Assembly: GCF_044704955.1 (NCBI RefSeq)
Contig: NC_091985.1
Location: 76,322,001 to 76,386,000 of the forward strand
DNA length: 64,000 nt
DNA from: Pristiophorus japonicus
Taxonomy: Eukaryota
Reading direction: 5' to 3'
Both the position numbers and the translations under genes were made by a program. This document shows, piece by piece, positions 38,014 through 50,404 of this stretch. Within the stretch, counting starts at the first letter, position 1. Each line of letters begins with the position of its first letter. A model generated the notes under the pieces. It was not told the origin of the DNA, ran no database searches, and saw only the letters and a program-made list of their open reading frames with translations.

Positions 38014-39401
38014 TGATATGTCCTTACTATCGCAAAGAGGTCCTCTGCTCTCGGAAGCGGGTACTGGTCTTGGAGTAATACTCGATTGATGGTGGCCTTG
38101 TAATCGCCACATATCCTGACCGACCCATCCGTCTTGAGCACCGACACAATCGGGCTCACCCAGTCACTGAATTCGACTGGCGAGATGATGCCTTCCCTCA
38201 GCAGGCAGTCCAATTCGCATTCTATCTTTTCCCGCATCACGTACGACACCGTTCTGGCCTTGTGGTGTACTGGCCTGGTGTCCGGTTTATGTGAATCACT
38301 ACCTTGGCCCCCATGAAAGTGCCGATGCCAGGTTGAAATAATGAGTCAAATTTGTCCAGCATGATACTCGCTCCACAGAAGAAATTGCATTGACATCGTC
38401 CCATTTCCAGTTCATGACAGCAAGCCAACTCCGCCCCAGTAGTGCGGGACCATCCCCCGGGACAATCCAGAGTGGCAACCTGCTCTCCGAATCGTTGTGG
38501 GTCACGACTACCATGGCGCTGCCTAGCACCGGAATGATCTCCTTTGTATATGTCCATAGCTGTGCATCAATGAGCCAAGATTTTTGTCATACATCATTCT
38601 GGTCTCTTCCTCCCCTGAGATAAATGTCTGGTCTATCAGAGCCACCACTTCCAAGATCAAGCCTTTGGTCTCAATCAGTTTCCTGAAAACCCCAGTGTGC
38701 TTGATGCCCTCAATAAAAAAGCTTCGCAGCATCTCCGCTCTGCATGCATCTGGGAACTTACATAGGCTCGCCAGTCGCCGGAGATCTGCCACGAAGTCTG
38801 GAACACTTTGCCCTTCTCGCTGCCGGTGCGTGTTAAACCTGTGTCTCGCCATGTCATGCTGCTTGCCGGTTTAAGGTGTTCCCCGATCAACTTAATGAGC
38901 TCTTCAAATGACTTGTCCGCCGGCTTCTCTGGCGCTAGAAGGTCCTTCATCAGGGAGTACGTTCTGGATCCACAAACCGTCAAGAGATGAGCCCTGCGTT
39001 TGTCAGCCGAATCCTGTCCCAACCATTCCTTCGTGACAAAACTTTGCTGTCGTCTCTCAATAAAGTCATCCCAATCATCACCAACACAGTACCTCTCGCC
39101 TGTGCTGCTAGTGGCCATGCTCACATGGTTTAAATCCCAGTTTCTCGTCGCCAATGATATGCCCTTACTATACAGTATAAATGCACATAAGGCCCATATT
39201 TGAGAGAAGGTCACTCTGTGATCAGTAACCTTTATTACCAAGACCTCAGGTGATGAAGGTTGGTGAAGCTTCCCCTTTTATACCTGAAAAGCCCAGGTTA
39301 GGAGTGTCTCCCACAAGTGCACCCCTTGTGGTCAATGTTCTCAAAATGTACAACTTAGGTCAGTTTATACATGGGTTACAATGATAGTTGAATACATAAC
39401 A
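38014..39401 (-). mobile_element. Internally deleted Ty3/Gypsy (Mag-like) LTR element
   Basis: 5' LTR 39155-39401 (TG..CA), PBS tggcgacgag, gag/PR/RT-start fragments, last 17 bp of the 3' LTR at 38014-30, TSD aacac on both sides. Confidence 0.9.
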
Positions 39402-39529
39402 AACACAATATCCATGTAACTATGAATAGATTAATCCACTTTAGATTCTGATACTTGGTTCAATCAAGAGTCATGCAAGTACAGTAAATCCACAATGCTA
39501 AACCATTCAAAATGATGATGTGCTTTCTT

Positions 39530-41450
39530 TGGTTCAGTTGGTAGCACTCTTACCCTAGGTGTAGGTTGTAGGCTCACATCCTGCCCAAAGCCATGAACAT
39601 AACCTAGGCTAACATTCAAGTGTAATCTGAAGAAGTGTTGCATTGTTGGAGTTGCTGTCCTATAGATGAAACATTAAATGGAGGCCCTGTCTACTGGTTT
39701 CTTTGGATATTAAAGATCCAAAATAGATGTTCTGTGACATTTGTGGATTGACTGGGAACCAATTGTAGTGGGTCCACCCATGTTGTACACGTCTGAAACT
39801 GCGAAACATTCTGTGGTCAGGTCTGTGCAACAGTCTATTGGCATGTAATTCACCAGCAGCTGTGAGCTGGTTGATGTGGATGTGGGCTGCGGGATATCTG
39901 GGACTGGTACAGCAACTTAAAGATCTGCAGCAGCAGTTTCAAGGCGAAGACATTTTTGATAGATAAAAGTTCGACCTCATTACAGATACAAATATTACCA
40001 AAATGGAGCAGAAATAGTCCTCTTTCCAATGCACCAATAGAAGTGCTGCTGGAAAAAGTGCAGCAGAGGAGGGTTGCTATTTTTGGCAATCCAGGTAAGC
40101 CTTACACAGTCATGCTTTGAGAGGGTAGTCTGTATAAATGAAGTTTTCAGCATGCAGAGGGCATAGCTACAAACATGAAAAATGTTTAGAGACCTTATCA
40201 AATCAGCCAAGGTAAGAATACTCACCAAGAACATACACCAAGTACATAGTCAAAGCCTACATGTCACAAAACCTTCCTCTCACTCAGACTTCCTACAGCC
40301 CTTTGAATGCATACCGTGCATCCCTAGTCTGTAAGAGGACAAACTTTGTAACAAAAACTTATACCTCTAACTCTCACCACACTGACGTTGTTAAAGGACT
40401 TCTATCGAAAAATACTTCAAACAAAACCTAGCAGCATGATGTATGTACCTGTACCCATAAACTAATATGCTGCAGGATAGGCACTCCTGGCACTTCCAAC
40501 CTCTCAAATCTACCTTCCTGCTTGCAGAACACAGCAGACGAAACAAATGGAGCAGGCGTGGATGAGAGGAGAATGCCTTAACATAGAGTTCTTGAATTCC
40601 TCTCAAGAGGCAACACTGGGAATCATTGGCATGGAGGACAGAGCAGAGGGAGAAGCTAAAGTCAGAGATATTCTCCGCAGATCAGGACTGGTACAGTCTT
40701 TCCCATGTTTGTTTCTTCTCACCTTACCCAATCATTCACTCTCACCATCATTCATTCATTGCCTCACCCATCCATTCACTATCCCTTCGAGCTTATGCTC
40801 GTGTAAAGCCATGTGGCACAGTGTATTCTCATGTAAGAAATATTTCTAAGGGTGTCATACATCCAGCATTGCATGTTTTTCTTCTCTTTCTATGGGTGTC
40901 AAACAAAAAGCATCCAAAATAATGGAATTATAAACGCCTGTGTCCATTTACTGTTTAGTCTCCCATAACGTTTAACTTTAACATCCAGTCTGAATGGATG
41001 GCAGCAACACTGGGTAATATTTACACCCAAATATCAGGGAGTTTCAGCAGGTCTATTAAAGGTACCTATTAGCCTGCAGCATGAATCCTGGCAGCAGCAC
41101 CAATATTGCCTGTTGGAAAACCTTTCCTCCCACGTCACTATTGACACAACAGCTGAGAGATGTTCAAGTCAACATTCTTCCCCCAACCAACACCAAATAA
41201 AACTCAGATTAACCAAAGGAAATGAAAGTTGGGCAATAAATATTGGCCTTGCCAAAGATGCCAGACCTGAAGAATGATTTTAAAAATATTGTTCATCTCA
41301 TTGCTATTTGTGGGATCTTGCTGTGCACAAAATAGCTGCTGCATGTGTCTACACAACTTTCACTGCATTTCAAAAGCAATTAATATACAAAGTGCTTTGA
41401 GACAATTCTCAGAAACATGATGCGGTGCTATATAAATGCAAGTCTCTCTT
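39530..41450 (+). mobile_element. SINE halves (39530-39720 and ~41200-41450) flanking a degraded Harbinger Myb/SANT remnant (~40010-40690)
   Basis: ggttcagttggtagcactc head; gctatataaatgcaagt tail; PIEVLLEKVQQRRVAIFG...DLIKSAK|gtaaga. Confidence 0.5.
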
Positions 41451-43846
41451 CAAATGGCTATTTCATATAACAGAATTATAGCAAAGTTTTAGTACTGACT
41501 CTATGTATGCACGGTTGCATTTGAGGTTGTTATTATGACATCTTCTAACAGATAACCTGCCCTTCAGTCCACCTTAAAGTGATAAAAGCAAGAGTGGCAA
41601 TTTGTTAAATTGTCATCTGTGCCTCCCGGTATGCTCCATCATGAGGCAGGCAGAGTTTAGTCATTGTTGAGTCAGTTGGCGCTTTGGCAAAGCTTTCACA
41701 TGATAGAAGTAGCACAGATTCTAGGAATGATGCCAGTCACACAGGCTACTGATTTCTTGAGGTTGTACACAGCAAGGTTTAGTTATGTCGGAATCATGGA
41801 CACCTCTGTATATAACTTTCATCCTGTTTGTGCCATTGACTTTGGCAATACATTTAAGAGCATTTTTTTTTAATTGAAGTGTTTTGCATGTAGCGTCCAA
41901 CCTCTACCCTTCAGGTGGTGAGAGTGACAGTGGTCACAAATCAGCTAGCAACAGTGAGAGTTGGAAGAGAAAAAAATATTAGCAGGAAACTAGCCTGAGG
42001 CAAATGACACTGAAGCAGCACAATTATTCAACATCCACCTTGAAAGAATTATCAAGTCCCACTGCTGTGCTATCACCTAAAACACTCTGTTGAAGAATAA
42101 TGGAAAAGGACTCTGCTTCTCCCCCATTTTTGGGAGGTGGGGCAGGAGGGGAAGAACTAAGGGATGATTAACATTTGAAAGATTCAGTAACATCTCTGAA
42201 CTAAAGAAAGACTGCAATAGTTTCAGCCTACTCTGAGAATGCTAAGTGCTTTTGCAATTCTATGATTATTCTCTCATTTTCAACATCAAATATTTGGAAA
42301 TAATAAAGGGAATTTTTCAACTTCATGATACCAGTGATGAGCCTTGCTTGCTGGTAGTACACAATGGAAATTTGGGCATGCACTGACCATGATTTTCTGG
42401 CCATTTAAATTAATTTCCGATGTGCGTCTAGAAAGCAGGATTCATCACTCAGCGCAAGGTTGGAGAAAACCCTGATACGTCTATAAATATGAATCGGCTT
42501 CATTGTAACAAAAGATAACTGTCATCATGGGCTGCAAGAAAGTGTTCCATAGGGCCGATAATACATTTACCAGACAGTGTCACGCCTCCATGCGCCTGAG
42601 CCCCACACAGTTGACATGATTCTCAATGATTGTTCAGTCCTTTATACATTTTAGCACAATGCTCCTTGGCTTACAGTGCATGATATGCTGAGAGCACCGC
42701 AGGGTCAAAGGGCTTGGATATCCTGATCAGCAACTCCTAAAGTGCTGCTGTTCACTCTTAAAACAGACTTGCTACTAACGAATGGCTGGAAGAGGACAAA
42801 CATAAGAACATAAGAAATAGGAACAGGAGTAGGCCATACAGCCCCTCGAGCCTGCTCCGCCATTTAATAAGATCATGGCTGATCCGATCATGGACTCAGG
42901 TCCACTTCCCTGCCCACTCCCCATAAGCCCTTATTCCCTTATCAGTTAAGAAACTGTCTATTTCTGTCTTAAATTTATTCAATGATCCAACTTCCACAGC
43001 TCTCTGAGGCAGCGAATTCCACAGATTTACAACCCTCTGAGAGAAGAAATTCCTCATCATCTCAGGTTTAAATGGGCAGCTCCTTATTCTAAGATTATAC
43101 CCCCTAGTTGGAGTCTCCCCTATCGAAACATTCCCTCTGCATCCACCTTGTCGAGCCCCCTCATAATCTTATACGTTTTGATAAGCTCACCTCTCATTCT
43201 TCTGAATTCTAATGAATAGAGGCCCAACCTACTCAACCTTTCCTCATAAGTCAACCCCCTCATCTCTGGAATCAACCTAGTGAGCCTTCTCTGAACTACC
43301 TCCAAAGCAAGTATTTCCTTTCGTAAATATGGAAAGCAAAACAGTATTCCAGGTGTGGCCTCACCAATACCCTGTATAACTGTAGCAAGACTTCCCTGCT
43401 TTTATACTCCATCCCCTTTGCTATAAAGGCCAAGATTCCATTGGCCATCCTGATCACTTGCTGTACCTGCATACTAACCTTTTGTGCTTCATGCATAAAT
43501 ACCTCCAGGTCCTGCTGTACTGCAGCATTTTGCAATTTTTCTCCATTTAAATAATAACTTGCTCTTCGATTTTTTTCTGCCAAAGTGCATGACCTCACAC
43601 TTTCCAACATTATACTCCATCTGCCAAACTTTTGCCCACTCACTTAGCCTGTCTATGTCCTTTTGCAGGTTTTTTGTGTTCACCTCACAATTTGCTTTTC
43701 CTGCCACCTTTGTATTGTCAGCAAACTTAGCTACATTACACTCAGACCCTTCATTCAAGTCGTTAATATAGTTGGGGTCCCAGCACTGATCCCTGTGGCA
43801 CCACACTAGTTACTGATTGCCAACCCGAGAATGAACCATTTATCCC

Positions 43847-46800
43847 TGATACGTCCTTACTATACAGTATAAATGCACACAAGGACCATGCTTGAGAGAA
43901 GGTCAGCCTGTAACCTATCCTTTATTCCATAGCACTCAAGTGATGAAGGTGGGTGAAGCTTCCCCTTTTATACCTGAAGGTCCAGGTTAGGAGTGTCTCC
44001 CAAAAGTTCACCACCTAGTGGTCATTGTTCTCACAGTGTACAAATTGTCAGTTTATACATGGGTTACAATGATGGTTGAATACATGACATCACCTCCGCC
44101 CCCCAAAGTCTTATTGGGATCATAGTTGAGTCTCTTTGGTGGTTTATGCTTTCTTGTAGAGCGCCTGAGTTGGGGCTCCGGTTGTTGGGCGCTGGCCTGA
44201 GTGTCTGCTGTTTGCGGTGCCTCAGGCCTGTCCGGACTTCCCACAGTGACTGAGCTCTCCTCCCTTTGGTTCCGTTGTTCGGTCACCTGTGGTGGAGTGA
44301 ACTTTATATCTTGTTCTTCCTCTGCTTCTTCTACGGGGTTGCTGAACCTCCTTTTTGCTTGATCCAAGTGTTTGCGGCAGATTTGTCCATTGGTAAGTTT
44401 AACTACCAGAATCCTATTCCCCTCTTTTGCAATCAAAGTGCCTGCGAGCCATTTGGGCCCTGCAGTGTAGTTGAGAACAAAGACAGGATCATTGACATCA
44501 ATACATCGCGCCCTCGCATTCCTGTCATGGTAGTCACATTGTGACTGGCGCCTGCTCTCGACAATTTCTTTCATGGTGGGGTGTATAAGGGATAACCTGG
44601 TTTTGAGCATCCTTTTCATTAGCAGCTCTGCGGGTGGAACCCCTGTGAAAGAGTGTGGTCGGGATCTGTAGGCCAACAGGAAGCGTGATAAGCGGCTTTG
44701 TAGGGAACCCCCTTGGATTCTGAGCCTCCCCTGTTTGATTATCTGCACTGCTCGTTCTGACTGGCCATTTGAGGAAGGCTTGAACGGTGCCGTTCTGACT
44801 TGGTTAATTCCATTGCCTGCCATGAAGTCCTGGAATTCAGTACTTGTGAAGCACGGGCAATTGTCGCTGACCAAGATATCCGGTAGACCATGGGCGGCGA
44901 ACATTGCCCGTAGACTTTTTACCGTGGCAGAGGATGTGCTTGAATTGAGAATGTCACACTCGATCCATTTGGAGTAGGCGTCTACGACAATCAAAAACAT
45001 TTTTCCCATGAAAGGACCTGCGTAGTCCACATGGATGCGTCACCAAGGCTTGGCGGACCAAGACCAGGAGCTAAGGGGGGCTTCCCTGGGTGCATTGTCC
45101 AGCTGGGCACATGTGTTGCACCTGCGAACACAAAGTTCCAGATCTGTGTCTATCCCTGGCCACCAAACGTGTGACCTGGCAATTGCCTTCATTATGACAA
45201 TGCCCGGGTGCTCATTGTGGAGTTCTCTGATGAACACCTCTCTGCCCATCTGGGGCATGATAAAAACAGAGAGACAGACTATTATCTGAATGGTGACAGA
45301 TTAGGAAAAGGGGAGGTGCAACGAGACCTGGGTGTCATGGTACATCAGTCATTGAAGGTTGGCATGCAGGTACAGCTGGCGGTTGAGAAAGCAAATGGCA
45401 TGTTGGCCTTCATAGCGAGGGGATTTGAGTACAGGGCAGGGAGGTATTGCTACAGTTGTACAGGGCCTTGGTGAGACCACACCTGGAGTATTGTGTACAG
45501 TTTTGGTCTCCTAACCTGAGGAAGGACATTCTTGCTATTGAGGGAGTGCAGCGAAGGTTCACCAGACTGATTCCCGGATGGCGGGACTGACATATCAAGA
45601 AAGATTGGATCAACTGGGCTTGTATTCACTGGAGTTCAGAAGAATGAGAGGGGATCTCATAGAAACGTTTAAAATTCTGACGGGTTTAGACAGGTTAGAT
45701 GCAGGAAGAATGTTCCCAATGTTGGGGAAGTCCAGAACCAGGGGTCACAGTCTAAGGATAAGGGGTAAGCCATTTAGGACTGAGATGAGGAGAAACTTCT
45801 TCACCCAGAGAGTGGTGAACCTGTGGAATTCTCTACCACAGAAAGTTGTTGAGGCCAATTCACTAAATATATTCAAAAAGGAGTTAAATATAGTCCTTAC
45901 TACTAGGGGGATCAAGGGGTATGGCGAGAAAGCAGGAATGGGGTACTGAGGTTGCATGTTCAGCCATGAACTCATTGAATGGTGGTGCAGGCTCGAAGGG
46001 CCGAATGGCCTACTCCTGCACCTATTTTCTGTTTCTATGTTTCTATGACTACGCGGTTTCCCCACAGTAGGCAATCGGCCTGAATCGAGTGTTCATCCCT
46101 GCACCTGTGAAATGGTTTAAATTCCTCAGGACATGCCCCGTACATGGCTGCCCAGTCCCCATTCAGGACACATTTCTTGACTAAAGACAATAGCGGGTCT
46201 CTATTTGGCCAGACTTTAATCTGACGGGCTGTCACGGGTGAGCCTTTGCCTCCGAAAGCTTCAACAGCCATGACAATCTCAGCAGCATGCTCGGTTGCCC
46301 CCTCAGTGGTGGCTAGTGGGAGCCTGCTGACTGCATCGGCGCAGTTTTCGGTGCCTGGTCTGTGCCGAATTGTATAGTCATAGGCAGCTAACGTGAGTGC
46401 CCACCTCTGTATGCGGGCCGATGCATTTGCATTTATGGCCATGTTGTCGGCCAAAAGGGACGTTAGGGGTTTGTGATCTGTCTCCAGCTCAAATTTCCTG
46501 CCAAACAGGTACTGGTGCATTTTCTTTACCGCATATACACATGCAAGCGCCTCCTTTTCAACCATCCCGTAGCCCCTTTCTGCCTGGGACAGACTTCTGG
46601 AGGCATAAGCTACCGGCTGTAACTGACCCTTGGCATTAACATGCTGCAACACACACCCGACACCATAGGATGACGCATCGCACGTTAACACAAGTTTCTT
46701 ACTTGGGTCATATAGCGTTAACAGATTGTTGGAACATAACAAATTGCATGCTGTATTAAAAGCCCTTTCCTGGCTGTCCCCCGAGACCCATTCACGACCT

Positions 46801-48759
46801 TTGCGTAGGAGCACGTGTAGCTCAATTTGGGAAGAAAGTTACCAAAATAGTTCAGCAGCCCCGGGAACGAACGCAGCTCTGTCGTGTTACGGGGTCTGGA
46901 TGCTCGCTGGATCACTTCTGTCTTGGACGCAGTAGGGCTGATCCCGTCTGCTGCTACCCTCATCCCCAGGAATTCTATCTCTGGAGCTAGGAAGACGCAC
47001 TTCGCCTTTTTCAGTTGCAGCCCTACCCGGTCCAGTCTGTGTAGCACCTCCTCCAGGTTGTGGAGGTGTTCTTCAGTATAGCAACCCGTGATGAGGATGT
47101 CGTCTTGAAAAACCACCGTCCCTGGAACCGACTTGAGGAGGCTTTCCATATTTCGTTGGGAGATCGCGGCGGCAGAGCGAATCCCGAACGGACATCTGTT
47201 GTACTCAAACAACCCCTTGTGTGTCGTGATGGTGGTCAGCTTCTTCGACTCACTCGCCAGCTCCTGGGTCATGTAAGCTGAGGTCAGGTCCAATTTTGAA
47301 AAATGTTTGTCACCGGATAGCGTTGCAAAGAGGTCCTCCGCTCTCGGTAGCGGGTACTGGTCTTGGAGTGACACCTGATTGATGGTGGCCTTGTAATCAC
47401 CACATATCCTGACCGACCCATCCGCCTTGAGCACCGGCACAATCGGGCTCGCCCAGTCACTGAATTCGACTGGCGAGATGATGCCTTCCCTCAGCAGGCG
47501 GTCCAATTCGCCTTCTATCTTTTCCCGCATCACGTACGGCACCGCTCTGGTCTTGTGGTGTACTGGCCTGGCGTGCGGGTTTATGTGAATCGCTGCCTTG
47601 GTCCCCATGAAAGTGCCAATGCCGGGTTTAAACAGTGAGTCAAATTTGTCCAGGATCTGTGAGCATGATACTCGCTCCACGGAGGAAATTGCATTGACAT
47701 CGCCCCATTTCCAGTTCATGACAGCAAGCCAACTCCTCCCCAGTAGTGCAGGACCATCCCCCGGGACAATCCAGAGTGGCAACCTGTTCTCCGAACCTTT
47801 GTGGGTCACGACTACCGTGGCGCTGCCGAGCACCGGAATGATCTCCTTTGTGTAAGTCCGTAGCTGTGCGTCAATCGCCGATAATTTTGGCCTCCTGGCT
47901 TTGGACGCCCACAACTTTTCGAACTGTTTGATACTTATCAGAGGCTGGCTGGCCCCGTGTCTAGCTCCATTGATACTGGGATGCCATTGAGGAGCACTTT
48001 CATCATTATCGGTGACGTCCTGGTGTATGAACTGTATACGTGCTCCACATGAACTCGCTGAACTTCAGCTTCCAGCGATTTCTCCCAGCATTCATTTCTG
48101 CAATTTCTGCAGATATTTTGCTCATCTCTGCAAATTCCGGCTGAGTGTGTGCCTTCACACTTCCAACATGAGCTGTTGTTGGAAACAAAAGGCCCCTTGC
48201 CAGTCGATCGTCTCTGACTGCCTCTGTGACTGTCCTTAAGTGCGCCATTAACAGGTGTTGATGGCCCCATTACTGGTCGCATTGTCCCTTGCAATGGCGT
48301 GAATCGCCATTCAGCTTGCCATTGTCTCTGTCGAACTCTCCCTCTGGGCTCGACTACATGTTGGGGCATGCCCAATTGACCTTGTCTACCTGGAGAACTG
48401 TGTGCAGCTTTAACAATGTTGATTCTCAGTCCCAACCATTCCTTAACACAGTACCTCTCATCTGTTCTGCTAGTGGCCATACCCGCGTGGTTTAAATCCC
48501 AGTTTCTCGTCGCCATTGATACGTCCTTACTATACAGTATAAATGCACACGAGGCCCATGTTTGAGAGAAGGTCACTCTGTGACCTGTCCTTTATTCCAT
48601 AGCACTCAAGTGATGAAGGTGGGTGGAGCTTCCCTTTTTATACCTGAAGGTCCAGGTTAGGAGTGTCTCCCAAAAGTTCACCACCTAGTGGTCATTGTTC
48701 TCACAGTGTACAACTTGTCAGTTTATACATGGGTTACAATGCTGGTTGAATACATGACA
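43847..48759 (-). mobile_element. Ty3/Gypsy (Mag-like) LTR retrotransposon, two LTRs, degraded gag-pol
   Basis: LTRs 48517-48759 and 43847-44089; TSD atccc; PBS tggcgacgag (matches tRNA-Ser(GCU) 3' end as recalled); PPT ggggggcggagg; PR (ELDTG), RT (VFQDD), RNase H (CDASSYGVG, TDHKPL), IN (HPG, DYAGP, VSDN, SNGQSER). Confidence 0.95.
45261..46044 (+). mobile_element. 5'-truncated CR1 inserted into Gypsy pol
   Basis: Near-identical to 53157-53945; atga duplicated at 45257-60 and 46045-48. Confidence 0.9.
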
Positions 48760-50404
48760 ATCCCGACTCTCTGTTTTCTGTTAGTTAGCCTCTATCCATG
48801 CTAACATATTACCCCCAACCCCGTGAACTTTTATCTTGTGCAGTAACCTTTTATGTGGCACCTTGTCAAATGCCTTCTGGAAGTCCAAATACACCACATC
48901 CACTGGTTCCCCTTTATCCACCCTGTTCGTTACATTCTCAAAGAATTCCAGCAAATTTGTCAAACATGACTTCCCCTTCATATATCCATGCTGACTCTGC
49001 CTGACTGAATTTTGCTTTTCCAAATGTCCTGCTACTGCTTGTTTAATAACGGACTCCAACATTTTCCCAACCACAGATGTGAAGCTAACTGGTCTATAGT
49101 TTCCTGCTTTTTGTCTGCCTCCTTTTTTTAAATAGCGGCGCTACATTTGCAGTTTTCCAATCTGCTGGGACCTCCCCAGAATCCAGGGAATTCTGGTAAA
49201 TTATAACCAAGCATTACAGAATCTGGATTAGGTCTGCAAGAACTTATAATGCATCTTAACAGCATTTCACCATAAGCTTGTTGCTGGATCACCAAGGGAC
49301 AACGCACAACACTCTGCGCCAACTGCTCATTCTAAATATCCAGTCATGACCATCATTTTTCCAGGGAGCTCTGCTTTGCTGGTAGGACAAGGCATTTATC
49401 GATGGTCCATTGAATGAGGTAAGCCACCAATGCCGAGCACATTAGCCACACCAGACATCTGCAAGCTGCATGTTCACATGCTCACATAGGTGGCTGCTGG
49501 CCTGGGCACTTGGATCAAAGACACCTCTCGTTTTCCTTCTAACAACATGTCTTTTTTCTATGTGAGTTTAACATTTAACTGGCACCAGTGCCCATAGGCA
49601 GAAGCTTTGTCTGATTGTGAAGAGAGGGCCATGCCTATTCTGGTATGGAGTGGGGGAAGGTGATCAAGCTCATGGCTAGTATCACACTTTACTTTTCATG
49701 CCTTATCTTCTTATTCACTCATTCATTTTCTCCTACACACACAGACATATATTGTAGCCAAATGTACCTCATTATATCACTCGTCATATTTTGTCCTTGG
49801 GAGACTCACTGTGGTAAACAGCTATAACTCTGGCACAAAGGGGCCGAAAATGCCCCTCCCGATAAAGCCTCTGGCCACCTGAAAACGGTGGCCATGGGAC
49901 AGTGCGGAATGGTCACCGACTCTCCACGGATGGGCCACCATTTTGTAAATTGCCCTTCGTGAATTTAGGAGCGGTGCCCGGGACCGCTCCGCCCATTTTC
50001 CCACCGCAACATGCACGCGCCAACCCCTTACCAATTGGCGGGGACCCCCTCATGAAATTGCCCCTCGGGAAATTGCCCCTTTCCTGGTATGTCCCCGTGG
50101 GAGCATGCCCGCCACAGGTCGGTGCCCCCGACAGCTTTTTGTGTCAGTGCACTCTCTATAGCATGGCGGCTCGGCTGCCTTTAAAGGAGAGGGCACACTG
50201 CCGCGGCAACCATGTTATATTTTTTGTCAGCTCACTGCCAGGTCTGCCCAACAATTATGCCCCCGGGATCAGCCGGGCCGCCAACAGGTAGCCTGGCACC
50301 CCCTCTTAGGTGCCAGGCCACTGGCTCAACCAAAACCCTCCTTGGTGGCCCAGTGGACTTAATTTTAAATTATGCAGTGCTCGCAGCGGCCCTCCCCTTT
50401 AACT

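Larger units (their letters stand above)
42799..49215 (-). mobile_element. 5'-truncated CR1 LINE split by a Gypsy element
   Basis: (ttcttatg)n tail at 42801-16; RT pieces 43120-43806 and 48781-49074; ttatccc|gactctctg rejoins across the Gypsy. Confidence 0.9.
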
